The notes under the pieces are model-generated. The model was not told where the DNA came from. It saw only the letters and a list, made by a program, of their open reading frames with translations, and ran no database searches. A stretch of 64,000 bases of DNA. It comes from a virus. Position 1 is the stretch's first letter. Every line of letters starts with the position of its first letter. Of this stretch, positions 39,115 to 49,094 are shown piece after piece. Location of the stretch: positions 32,001-96,000 of the IMG/VR virus record IMGVR_UViG_3300017917_003859, one strand, 5' to 3'. The position numbers and the translations under genes were made by a program.

Positions 39115-42021
39115 ATGGCAAATATAGTAGGAGAACCATTTGATGATTATGTATCAAAACAAATAATAGATCGTCAAAAAATTCATGGTCAAGGATTTTC
39201 CCAAAATCGAGATAATTTTACTTTATCATACCTTAATTCTAAAACGAGTTGGATTAAATTATCATCTGGGGTAGCTATAGGTGTTGGAATTGGAGAATAT
39301 GAAGAAGCAAAAGAAAAATTAAAAAAAATAGGATTAGATAGTAATCCTTCATTTTACGGTCCTGACCCATCTGATATCAAAAATGGTAAAGTTACAGGAT
39401 TATCTAATTTTTTTGTTTTATTTAATGGTACTTCTGATAATTCAGGAACTTTATATGAAGGAATAGATATAGTTAATGGTAAAAATCCTAATCAATTTTT
39501 AGGGCAAAGTATTCTTAATAAAGTAGCATATGGTATTGGAGGAACAGAATTCGGATTAACCCCAATGCCTGGTATAACTTCAGCAGATACTAAATTTAGA
39601 AATAGAGGCTCAATTAGAGAAGGTACAGTAAACATTAAAGCATATAATCGAACTCAATTAGAAATTATTGATTTGCTTTATTTACGTTTAGGTTTTCCTA
39701 TGTTACTTGAATGGGGTCATTCTGTGATAGTAGATGAAAATGGTAATATAAATACCAAACCTGATTTTAGTATATCTAAAGAATTTTTAAGTTTAAAATA
39801 TAATACTGATAATGAAGTCTTAGCAGCATTAGAAACTCAAAGAAAAAAATCAGCAGGAAATTATGATGGAATGTATGGTAGAGTTGTAAATTTTGATTGG
39901 TCATTTAATAAAGATGGTTCATATGATATTACTTTAAAATTAATTAGTATAGGAGCAGTTATTGAATCACTTAAAGCAAATGTTTATATTAAAGATAACA
40001 TTTCTAAATCCGACCCTCCAAAAACAGATGAACAAACTCCTACCCCAGAATCTGATGCTGATTGGATAACAGCTTCTAAATATTCTCATACTATAGGAAA
40101 TTTCTTTTTTCAATTTTTTAAAAAAGAACCAAAACTACAAGATAAAGGAATATTTTATTGCAATATAGATGATATAGCACCCATAAGAGGAGGAACTAAT
40201 AAAGACTTTATATGGAGTTCAGAATTAAACAAATACTATATTAGACTAGGAGCATTTTGGAGTTTACTTCAACAAATAGTTCCTATAAAATTAGATGGAA
40301 AAAAAGAAGAAACTCCTATTATATATTTTTTACCTAGTGGAGTAGAAGATAACCCAGCATATACTGAAGAATACCAGATATCTTCTAATCCTAATGTGTG
40401 TTTGATAGGAAATTTTAAAATTAAATTAGATTATATTTTAAATCAACCAACGTATACTATTCTTCCTCAATTACGTTCATTTAAAGATACTACAGATGAT
40501 GGAATATTAAAAGGAAAAATTGAAAATATATATATTAATACTACATTAATTTTACAAAGTTTAGATAATAATAAAGATGAAAATGGAGATGTAAAGTTAT
40601 TTGATTTTATTCAAAGTATTTTAGATTCAATAAATGTTGCTTTAGGGGGAATCAATAAATTAACTTTAATAGTAGATGAAAATAATAATAATGCCAAAAT
40701 AATTGATGAAACCCCTGTTAAAGGATTACCTAAACAAACTAAACCTGAACCTCCAATATTCAATATTTTTGGATATTATAAAAATAAAACATCTGCTGGG
40801 TTTATTAAAGATTTTTCTTTAAAAACAGAAATAACTAACAATTTAGCTTCTATGTTAACTGTAGGAGCTACTGCTAATAAATCTGTAGTTGGTGAAGACG
40901 CTACTGCTTTTTCTAAATGGAATAAAGGCTTAACACCAATAATTGGAGATAAAATATATTATCCTAATGACGCAGCATCAAAACTTACCCCATCACGAGC
41001 TATTGCTCAATTTCAAAAAGAAAACCAACAAATAATTGATCAATATAAAAAATGGATAAGCAATCAAGAAATCGCAGGCCCTGATAATACTAGTATTAAT
41101 GTAGGTGGAGGCTCTACTCCTTTCCAATCCATAAAATCAGAAGATTTAAATAATTATATTGATACTGTTAAAAATTTTATAAATTTTAACAAAGAATATA
41201 ATCTAAAAAGCCCATTTAACAAAAATAAAACAACTGCAACTAGTAGTAAAGGATTTCTTCCAATTAATTTTTCTTTAACAATGGATGGATTATCTGGTAT
41301 AAAAATTTATCAACAAATAATAACTGATACTTCTTATTTACCATCAAACTACCCTACATCTTTAAAATTTATTATTAAAGGAGTATCCCACAAAATTGAT
41401 AGTAGTGGTTGGTTAACAACAATTGAAACAGTTTCTGTTCCTGTTATAGATGCTATAAAAAATATTTCATCCACGTCAACTACTTCTACACCATCATCAA
41501 CAACAGCACCAGCTCCTGCAGATAGAGCAGAATCTAGAAATAATCCAAATGCCGAGAATTTAAGAAAGACTTTATCTCAATTAGGATATAAAGAAAAAGG
41601 TAAAGAAATAGATAGTGGTGGAGTAGATATTAGTAATTCTATAGAAAAAGCAGCATCTGCTATATTAAAAACTATAAAACAAGAATTACCATCAGTACAA
41701 GTAACTGTAACTGGAGGTAATGATAATTATCATCAAAATTTAAATTATAATTCTAGACATAAAGCTGGAAACGCGGTTGATTTAACTGTAACTCCTAATG
41801 ATCCTGTTACTTTAGATAAAATAGTAAATATACTACAACGATATGCTGCAGGTAATGCTCCAAATTTTAGGTTTATAGATGAATATAGAAATTTAACTAA
41901 GGCTGGAACAGGTAATCATTTTCATTTATCTTGGGGAGCAGGTACTGAATCACAAAATGAATTAAATAAATCTTTAAAACTTGCCCAACAAGGAAAAATT
42001 ACACCTATTAAAATAGCATAA
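39115..42021 (+). CDS. Baseplate hub protein with C-terminal M15-like Zn peptidase
   Basis: Hub-like LLEWGHS and GVSHKI..W.T regions; Ser/Thr/Pro linker; SRHKAGNAVD...HFHLS LAS peptidase motif. Confidence 0.7.
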   Translation: MANIVGEPFDDYVSKQIIDRQKIHGQGFSQNRDNFTLSYLNSKTSWIKLSSGVAIGVGIGEYEEAKEKLKKIGLDSNPSFYGPDPSDIKNGKVTGLSNFFVLFNGTSDNSGTLYEGIDIVNGKNPNQFLGQSILNKVAYGIGGTEFGLTPMPGITSADTKFRNRGSIREGTVNIKAYNRTQLEIIDLLYLRLGFPMLLEWGHSVIVDENGNINTKPDFSISKEFLSLKYNTDNEVLAALETQRKKSAGNYDGMYGRVVNFDWSFNKDGSYDITLKLISIGAVIESLKANVYIKDNISKSDPPKTDEQTPTPESDADWITASKYSHTIGNFFFQFFKKEPKLQDKGIFYCNIDDIAPIRGGTNKDFIWSSELNKYYIRLGAFWSLLQQIVPIKLDGKKEETPIIYFLPSGVEDNPAYTEEYQISSNPNVCLIGNFKIKLDYILNQPTYTILPQLRSFKDTTDDGILKGKIENIYINTTLILQSLDNNKDENGDVKLFDFIQSILDSINVALGGINKLTLIVDENNNNAKIIDETPVKGLPKQTKPEPPIFNIFGYYKNKTSAGFIKDFSLKTEITNNLASMLTVGATANKSVVGEDATAFSKWNKGLTPIIGDKIYYPNDAASKLTPSRAIAQFQKENQQIIDQYKKWISNQEIAGPDNTSINVGGGSTPFQSIKSEDLNNYIDTVKNFINFNKEYNLKSPFNKNKTTATSSKGFLPINFSLTMDGLSGIKIYQQIITDTSYLPSNYPTSLKFIIKGVSHKIDSSGWLTTIETVSVPVIDAIKNISSTSTTSTPSSTTAPAPADRAESRNNPNAENLRKTLSQLGYKEKGKEIDSGGVDISNSIEKAASAILKTIKQELPSVQVTVTGGNDNYHQNLNYNSRHKAGNAVDLTVTPNDPVTLDKIVNILQRYAAGNAPNFRFIDEYRNLTKAGTGNHFHLSWGAGTESQNELNKSLKLAQQGKITPIKIA

Positions 42022-42644
42022 TGTATTATCCTAAATCCCAAATAATAACCAATTTATACACAAACGGACAGGAATATGCTCTAAAATCCACCAACCAAAA
42101 TTATATAGGATTTTATTGGAAAACTTCTGATGGAAAGTTTTTTACAGGTAAAGCCCCAGAAGATAAAAATATACAAGAATTAATTCTATTTTCTAATACA
42201 GCAACTAAACAATACTCTAATCTTACATCGGATGCATTTACCGCCCCTTCAGGAGTATATTTAAATAATAATTATACTATAGCAAATGAGTATAATAAAT
42301 TAAATAAAACTTTACTTAATGTTAATAATCTCCCACTTTCATTTAATCCCCAACCAACTCAAGATGATTATAATTTAGGAGAATTTACAAGATATTTTTG
42401 TAAAAAAACAAATGAAATTCGTTATTTAGAAATTAATAAAGATACATACGAAAAACTTTTAGGACAAGATCCAACTTATCTTTGGCAATTATATACCCCA
42501 TTTAAATACCAATGGATAATATCAGGAGATAAAGAAACAGTTTATAAAACAAATGAACAAGTTACTAATTACATGATAACTAAATTTAAATTTCCTTTAT
42601 TTAATAAATTTCTTAAAGAAGATTATCTTAAATTTTGGAAATAA
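42021..42644 (+). CDS. Hypothetical baseplate-associated protein
   Basis: Coupled to hub gene by TAATG; last gene of the structural block. Confidence 0.55.
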   Translation: MYYPKSQIITNLYTNGQEYALKSTNQNYIGFYWKTSDGKFFTGKAPEDKNIQELILFSNTATKQYSNLTSDAFTAPSGVYLNNNYTIANEYNKLNKTLLNVNNLPLSFNPQPTQDDYNLGEFTRYFCKKTNEIRYLEINKDTYEKLLGQDPTYLWQLYTPFKYQWIISGDKETVYKTNEQVTNYMITKFKFPLFNKFLKEDYLKFWK

Positions 42645-42648
42645 AGAT

Positions 42649-42720
42649 ACGGCTTAGGACCGTTATAGCTTACGCTATAGAAAGCACCTCTAAATCGCTA
42701 TCTGAGGTGCTTTCAATTTT
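42649..42720 (+). ncRNA. Three-hairpin structured element (candidate cis-regulatory RNA; last stem may be a terminator)
   Basis: ACGG-CTTAGGA-CCGT; TATAGC-TTAC-GCTATA; GAAAGCACCTC-13nt-GAGGTGCTTTC; GC-richer than flanks. Confidence 0.55.
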
Positions 42721-42725
42721 TTAAA

Positions 42726-42757
42726 TTTGGAATACCTAAAATTTTTATATATAATTA
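42726..42757 (+). promoter_or_regulatory. TTTG-N20-TATAATTA promoter opening the replication module
   Basis: Same architecture at 12384, 13211, 44603, 54208, 56220, 60328 and 63690. Confidence 0.55.
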
Positions 42758-42772
42758 AGTTAATTAAAGGTT

Positions 42773-44062
42773 ATGGCATTCTATATTGTTGAAACAAATG
42801 AACAACTAAATGAAATATTTGATAAAGCTTATGATAAAGTCTTTATTGAGCCTATTTTTTATAATGATGATATTCATCCTTCATTAAATTATATTTCATT
42901 ACTATATTTAAAGCCGTTAAACAATGATAAAGGGTATGTTTTATGTCTTGATCATACTGAGGCCTTATCTTTGAATAAAGGTAGTATAGATAATTTACTT
43001 GCTACTTTTAAAGAAATATATATTAGAGATAGAAAATCATTTATATATTTTTTTCCATTAAAAAATTTAATTGATATATCATTTTATACTCCTGAATTTA
43101 TTGAGCCTACTACTTCTGCTCATGAAGTTTTTTATCAAAAATATGGAGATAAAGACAATATAAATACTATAATACCATTAGTTAAACATTATGAAAAATG
43201 TGAATTGATTTTTAATAAAGTAAAAGATTATTGTATTAAACTTGATAATTCAAAATTTTATACTAAATTAACTAATGTGTTTTTTGCTATTGAAAAAAAC
43301 GGAATTAAAATAGATAAACATGTTTTTGATAAATTCTTTGAACCAAATAATGAATTATTTTCTATTCAAAACAATAGAATATATACCCAATATAACTTAT
43401 ATACTACAACAGGAAGACCTTCTAATAGTTTTAATAATATCAACTTTGCTGCATTAACTAAAGATAATGGATGTAGAAAAGCATTTGTTCCTGAAAATAA
43501 TTATTTTATTGAAATAGACATTACAGCCTATCACCCAACATTAGCAGCCCAATTGGTTGGTTTTGATTTTAAAAATGAAACCCCATATCAATATTTAGCG
43601 CGTGAGGCTGAAGTAGATTTAACTGAGGCTAAAACATTAATGTTTAAACAATTATATGGTGGAGTATATAAAGAATATCAATATATAGAATTTTTACAAT
43701 CTATACAAGAATATGTAAAAAACTTATGGAATACATATTCTTCTACGGGTTCAATAAAAGCACCAATCTCTGGGCATGTGTTTGAAAATTTGAAAGATAT
43801 TAATCCTCAAAAATTATTTAATTATCTTTTACAAAATTTGGAAACTTCAACTAATGTTTTTATATTGTGGGATATTATAAAAATATTAAAAGGTAAATCT
43901 ACTAAAATTGTATTATATACTTACGATTCCATATTAATAGATTATAATGAAAATGATAATATATTAAATCAAATCCAACAAGTATTTGAAAAATATAAAC
44001 TAAAAATAAAAACAACCCAAGGTACAACGTACAATAACATGATTCTTTACAATAATTTATGA
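42773..44062 (+). CDS. Compact family A DNA polymerase-like protein
   Basis: TTTGRPS, RKAF, motif A IEIDITAYH, motif B AKTLMFKQLYG, NYLLQ, motif C LYTYDSILID. Confidence 0.8.
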   Translation: MAFYIVETNEQLNEIFDKAYDKVFIEPIFYNDDIHPSLNYISLLYLKPLNNDKGYVLCLDHTEALSLNKGSIDNLLATFKEIYIRDRKSFIYFFPLKNLIDISFYTPEFIEPTTSAHEVFYQKYGDKDNINTIIPLVKHYEKCELIFNKVKDYCIKLDNSKFYTKLTNVFFAIEKNGIKIDKHVFDKFFEPNNELFSIQNNRIYTQYNLYTTTGRPSNSFNNINFAALTKDNGCRKAFVPENNYFIEIDITAYHPTLAAQLVGFDFKNETPYQYLAREAEVDLTEAKTLMFKQLYGGVYKEYQYIEFLQSIQEYVKNLWNTYSSTGSIKAPISGHVFENLKDINPQKLFNYLLQNLETSTNVFILWDIIKILKGKSTKIVLYTYDSILIDYNENDNILNQIQQVFEKYKLKIKTTQGTTYNNMILYNNL

Positions 44063-44526
44063 AACAAATCGAATTTGAACCCTCTATAGATATTTATAAT
44101 CAGTATGATTTCATTACTAACAAAAATTTTACTGATTTTATGAATAACAGGTTATTTGCTACCTTCACCCAGCAAAATGAAATAGATAATTTAGTTAAAC
44201 AACTATCAAGTACTTACAACATAATGTATAATAAAATGTTTGTATTATTTGTTAAAAGTACAAACGAATATGTTGTGACTTACAATGTAGAGCAGGGAAA
44301 CGTTGATAGTATTCCTAGCAATACTATATTAGTACATAGAAAAAAAGAAACCAACACTTTATATACTATTAATGCTCTTAATGATTTAATTAAAAAATTA
44401 AATAATGGTATGTTAGATTCAAATTATAAAGTAGATTGGGTACAATATAAAAATTGTATATTATTAACTCAACAAGGTGAAGTAAAACAACTGAATACAA
44501 AAATATTTAAAATCGTAGACTTATAA
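44059..44526 (+). CDS. Hypothetical protein (true start may be internal ATG at 44140)
   Basis: VHRKKETNTLYTINALN core; internal TATTTATA at 44091 suggests a later start. Confidence 0.6.
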   Translation: MKQIEFEPSIDIYNQYDFITNKNFTDFMNNRLFATFTQQNEIDNLVKQLSSTYNIMYNKMFVLFVKSTNEYVVTYNVEQGNVDSIPSNTILVHRKKETNTLYTINALNDLIKKLNNGMLDSNYKVDWVQYKNCILLTQQGEVKQLNTKIFKIVDL

Positions 44527-44658
44527 TAAACCATAACTGGTACGAATAATACTAGAACAACACTACAAATAAAAAGGCATTCAAGAGCTTTGATAGCTAA
44601 ATTTGGCCTATAAAAATTAAAGTAGTATATTAATTAGTAACTTAAAAACCAAAATAAC

Positions 44659-45522
44659 ATGGATTTAAATTCAATCAAATCAAAACTGAATGCTCTACAG
44701 TCGCAAGGGCAAAAGAAAGAAAAGGTAGATTATTCAAAATACCTTTGGAAACCAAAACAAGAAGGTAAATATCAAATTCGAATTGTTCCTTCTAAATTAG
44801 ACAAAAATAATCCTTTTAAAGAAGTATTTCTTCATTATGGTATGTCTAAATTTCCAATGTATGCTTTAACTAATTGGGGAGAAAAAGATCCAATTGTAGA
44901 ATTTGCAAAACAACTTCGTTCAACTAATGATAAAGAAAATTGGAAATTAGCTAAAAAATTAGAACCAAAAATGCGTATTTTCGCCCCAGTAATTGTTAGG
45001 GGTGAAGAAGATAAAGGTGTACGTTTGTGGGAATTCGGTAAAGAAATTTACATGCAATTGTTAGGAATTGCTGATGATGAAGATTACGGTGATTATACTG
45101 ATATTAATGATGGTCGTGATTTTACTCTAGAAGCAGTAATTGGTGATATTGGTGGTCGCCAAGGTTTAAAAACCAGCATTCGTGCCAAAACAAAAATATC
45201 TCCATTAAGCACTAATAAATCAGATATTGAAAAATGGCTTGAAGAACAACCAAACATTTTAGAAATTCAGTCTACATACAAAATGAGTTTTGATAAAATG
45301 AAAGAAACTCTTCAAAACTGGCTAAACCCAGAAGCTGAAGTTGAAGAGGGAGATGAAGAAGAAAACGAAGTAGAAGAAACTTCAAATAATGATTTACCTT
45401 GGGAAGATAAAAAAGAAGAAAAAAAATCTACTCCTAATAAATCAAATTATACATTAAAAACTTCAACTAAAGTATCAAAAGCAGATAAATTTGATAAATT
45501 ATTTGAAGAAGAAGAAGACTAA
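44659..45522 (+). CDS. Single-stranded DNA-binding protein (gp32-like)
   Basis: WKP..IRIVP..PFKE..HY, GVRLWEFGK, D..DGRDF, acidic tail; upstream of RecA. Confidence 0.8.
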   Translation: MDLNSIKSKLNALQSQGQKKEKVDYSKYLWKPKQEGKYQIRIVPSKLDKNNPFKEVFLHYGMSKFPMYALTNWGEKDPIVEFAKQLRSTNDKENWKLAKKLEPKMRIFAPVIVRGEEDKGVRLWEFGKEIYMQLLGIADDEDYGDYTDINDGRDFTLEAVIGDIGGRQGLKTSIRAKTKISPLSTNKSDIEKWLEEQPNILEIQSTYKMSFDKMKETLQNWLNPEAEVEEGDEEENEVEETSNNDLPWEDKKEEKKSTPNKSNYTLKTSTKVSKADKFDKLFEEEED

Positions 45523-45536
45523 AAAATTAATAAGTT

Positions 45537-46619
45537 ATGGGAAAAAAATCAACGTCGTTAACTGAGGCAGTTAGCAATCAGTTAAAGGGAAATTTTGACT
45601 TAGATAAATTTAAAGAAAAAAAATCTTTAAACAATAATGTCAAATTTAAAGAACAAAAATGGATCCCATTCTCTAAAGCACTCCAGGATACTTTAAGTAT
45701 TCCTGGAGCGCCTATAGGACATATTACTCTCCTAAGAGGACATTCGGATACAGGTAAAACAACTGCTCTTCTAGAATTAGCAGTTAATGCTCAAAAAATG
45801 GGAATATTACCTGTATTCATTATCACTGAGATGAAATGGAGTTGGGCTCATGCTCGTCAAATGGGATTTCAATTAGAAGAAATCAAAAATGATAATGGAG
45901 AAGTAGTTAATTATAAAGGATTCTTTCTTTACGCAGATAGAGGTACATTGAATACTATTGAAGATGTAGCTGAATTTATTGCCGATTTATTAGATGAGCA
46001 ACGTAAAGGAAATTTACCTTATGATTTGTGTTTCTTTTGGGATAGTATTGGCTCTATACCATGTAAAATGAGTATAGAAGCAAATAAAAATAATCCTATG
46101 TGGAATGCAGGAGCAATGTCTCAACAATTTGGAAATTTTATAAACCAATATTTCCCTTTATCACGTAAAGAAAATTCAAAATACACCAATTCATTAGTAG
46201 CAATTAATAAAATTTGGGTAGCACCAGCTGAAACAATTATGTCTCAACCTAAAATCAAAATGAAAAATGGTGAAACAATGTTTTTAGATTCTACTATTGT
46301 TATAACATTTGGTAATGTTACTAATAGTGGTACAAGTAAAATTAAAGCTACTAAAAATGGTAAAGAAGTAGAATTTGCTAAACGCACTAAAGTTTCATGT
46401 GATAAAAATCATATTATGGGTATGCAAACCAAAGGAACTATTACTATGACAGTTCATGGCTTCATCCCAGATGAAAAATCAGCAATCGATGCTTATAAAA
46501 AAGAACACTCTAACGAATGGATCCAAATTTTAGGCTCAGCTGATTTTGATTTAATGGAAGATAACTCAGATTGGGAAGAAAATGTTAAAGATATACCTCT
46601 ATTAGAAGATGAACAATAA
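45537..46619 (+). CDS. RecA/UvsX-like recombinase
   Basis: Walker A GHSDTGKT, FIITE, FFWDSIGS, INKIW. Confidence 0.85.
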   Translation: MGKKSTSLTEAVSNQLKGNFDLDKFKEKKSLNNNVKFKEQKWIPFSKALQDTLSIPGAPIGHITLLRGHSDTGKTTALLELAVNAQKMGILPVFIITEMKWSWAHARQMGFQLEEIKNDNGEVVNYKGFFLYADRGTLNTIEDVAEFIADLLDEQRKGNLPYDLCFFWDSIGSIPCKMSIEANKNNPMWNAGAMSQQFGNFINQYFPLSRKENSKYTNSLVAINKIWVAPAETIMSQPKIKMKNGETMFLDSTIVITFGNVTNSGTSKIKATKNGKEVEFAKRTKVSCDKNHIMGMQTKGTITMTVHGFIPDEKSAIDAYKKEHSNEWIQILGSADFDLMEDNSDWEENVKDIPLLEDEQ

Positions 46620-47658
46620 AGATCTCCTTAAACTCCTTGATAGTATCCAAGAAGATGATAAAAAAACTACCCAAACAGATGAAAATAGAATTTTAATTAT
46701 CGATGGATTAAACCTATTTTTCAGAAATTTTGCAGTATTAAATTATATCAATTCATATGGAACACACATTGGAGGACTAAGCGGCTTTTTGAGATCTCTA
46801 GGAGCATTAACTAAACAACTCCACCCAACTTCTGTTTATGTAGTATTTGACGGAGTAGGTTCTACCATAGCTAGGAAGAACCTTCTCCCCGAATACAAAT
46901 CTGGTAGGAATTCTACTAAAATGACTAAAGCTTTATTTAATGATATAGATGAAGAAAATGAATCTAAAGCTAATCAAATAGGGCGATTAATAAATTATTT
47001 ACAATGTCTTCCTATTAAAATCATATCTATTGATAAAGTAGAAGCAGATGATGTTATAGCGTTTTTAAGTAAAGAACTTACTAAAAATAATAAAACAAAA
47101 GCATATGTTGTTTCTACAGATAAAGATCTTCTTCAATTAGTAGATGATAACATTACTATTTATGGAGCTATTGAAAAAGAATTTTATACTCCAAAAGTTG
47201 TAAAAGAAAAATATGGATTACATTCATATAATTTTTTAATTTACAAAACATTAATGGGAGATGGATCTGATAAAATAAAAGGAATACAAGGCTTAGGAGC
47301 TAAAAAACTCCCTAAACTATTCCCAGAACTATTTGAAGATAAAAAAATCACTTTAGATGATTTATTTAAAATTTGTGAAGGAAAATATGATAAACATATT
47401 ATTTATTCTCGAATTGTATTTAATTCTGATGATGTAAAAAGAAATTATAAAGTTATGAATTTAGAAAACCCAATGTTGGATGATCAAGAAAAACTTTATA
47501 TATTAAATTGTATAAATTCTTCTCCATATAAATTAAATATAGTTGATTTTATTAAAATGTACCATGAAGATGGATTGAGTAATGTATTAAAAAATATAGA
47601 TTATTGGTTAAAAGATAACTGGACTATATTAGATAGATACAATAAAACAAAATACTAA
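46609..47658 (+). CDS. 5'-3' exonuclease/flap endonuclease (T4 RNase H-like)
   Basis: IIDGLN, VVFDG, YKSGR, EADDVIA, STDKDLLQL, GDGSDKIKG. Confidence 0.92.
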   Translation: MNNKDLLKLLDSIQEDDKKTTQTDENRILIIDGLNLFFRNFAVLNYINSYGTHIGGLSGFLRSLGALTKQLHPTSVYVVFDGVGSTIARKNLLPEYKSGRNSTKMTKALFNDIDEENESKANQIGRLINYLQCLPIKIISIDKVEADDVIAFLSKELTKNNKTKAYVVSTDKDLLQLVDDNITIYGAIEKEFYTPKVVKEKYGLHSYNFLIYKTLMGDGSDKIKGIQGLGAKKLPKLFPELFEDKKITLDDLFKICEGKYDKHIIYSRIVFNSDDVKRNYKVMNLENPMLDDQEKLYILNCINSSPYKLNIVDFIKMYHEDGLSNVLKNIDYWLKDNWTILDRYNKTKY

Positions 47659-47670
47659 ATAAGTTATAAA

Positions 47671-49062
47671 ATGACACTGAATTCAATAGAAAATTATGGA
47701 ATAGGATTCCAAACAAAAGTTATATCTGGTTTGTTAACAGATAAAACATTTTTACAAAATATTAATGATGTATTAACTGAAGAATACTTTACAAATAGTG
47801 CTCACCAATGGATTATAACTGAAATAATTAAGTATTATCAAAAATTCCATTGTCCCCCAACAATGGAGGTACTTAAAACTGAAATGAAAAAAATAGGTAA
47901 TGAAATTTTACAATTATCTATTAAAGAACAACTAAGAGAAGCATATAAACTCTCAGATGAAAATGATTTGCCATATATTAAACAAGAATTTGCTAATTTT
48001 TGTAAAAATCAACAATTAAAAAAAGCACTTCTTAATTCAGTTGATTTATTACAAGCTGGAGATTATGATTCTATTCGTTCATTAGTAAATAATGCTTTAA
48101 AAGCAGGGCAAGAAAAAAACATAGGCCATGAATATTCTAAAGATATAGAATCAAGGTATAGAGATGAAGATAGATCGCCAATCCCATTTCCGTGGAATAC
48201 ATTTAATAAAATTACTCAAGGAGGATATGGTAAAGGTGATTTAGTATTAATTTTTGGTAATCCAAAAGGAGGAAAATCCTGGTCAGTAATAGCTATGGCC
48301 GCTGAAGCAGTTAAATTAGGTTATAATATAATATATTATGCTCTAGAATTAGGAGAAACATATGTAGGGAAACGCTTTGATGCTTATTTCACAGGTATTC
48401 CAGTTGATCAATTAGATAAACATAGGGATAAAGTAGATGAAATAACAAAAAATCTTCCTGGAAAATTAATTATTAAAGGCTATCCACCAAAAAGAGCATC
48501 TTTAGCTACAATTGAAAATCATATTAATCAGGTAAGAGAATTAGGAGAAGAAGAAAACAAAAATTTTACAGTTGATGCTATATATATAGATTATTTAGAT
48601 TTATTAAAAAACAGAGCATCAAGAAAAGAAAGAAAAGATGATATAGATGATGTATATACAGATGCTAAAGGTTTAGCTAAAGAATTAAATATTCCTATAA
48701 TTTCTCCTTCCCAAGCAAATCGTTCAGGTGCAGAAAAAGAAATTCTTGAGAGTAGTCATATTGCTGGAAGTTTTGATAAAATAATGATCGGGGATATAAT
48801 TATATCCTTAGCTAGAGGAAGAAAAGATAGATTAGAAGGAACAGGTAGATGGCATATAATGGGTAATAGATATGGACCTGATGGTGTTACTTATAGTTCA
48901 ACAATAGATACATCTACAGGACATATAGAAATTAATGAAGAAGAATTAGATTTAGATAAAGTAGATATAAATATATCTTCAAAACCTGACTCTGTAGGTG
49001 TATTTAATGAAGAAAAAGAATTTTTAAGAAAGAAGTTTTTTGAGCTTGAAAATAATCTTTAA
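47671..49062 (+). CDS. Replicative helicase (DnaB/gp41-like)
   Basis: GNPKGGKS, YALE, IDYLDLL, SQANRSG, NRYG. Confidence 0.9.
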   Translation: MTLNSIENYGIGFQTKVISGLLTDKTFLQNINDVLTEEYFTNSAHQWIITEIIKYYQKFHCPPTMEVLKTEMKKIGNEILQLSIKEQLREAYKLSDENDLPYIKQEFANFCKNQQLKKALLNSVDLLQAGDYDSIRSLVNNALKAGQEKNIGHEYSKDIESRYRDEDRSPIPFPWNTFNKITQGGYGKGDLVLIFGNPKGGKSWSVIAMAAEAVKLGYNIIYYALELGETYVGKRFDAYFTGIPVDQLDKHRDKVDEITKNLPGKLIIKGYPPKRASLATIENHINQVRELGEEENKNFTVDAIYIDYLDLLKNRASRKERKDDIDDVYTDAKGLAKELNIPIISPSQANRSGAEKEILESSHIAGSFDKIMIGDIIISLARGRKDRLEGTGRWHIMGNRYGPDGVTYSSTIDTSTGHIEINEEELDLDKVDINISSKPDSVGVFNEEKEFLRKKFFELENNL

Positions 49063-49094
49063 TATTTTTATATTTATACTTATAACCTTAATTT

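Noticed and set aside
42649-42720. tRNA gene
   Set aside because: No acceptor stem, TTC-containing T loop or CCA; the hairpins are serial, not a cloverleaf. I saw no tRNA elsewhere in the window.
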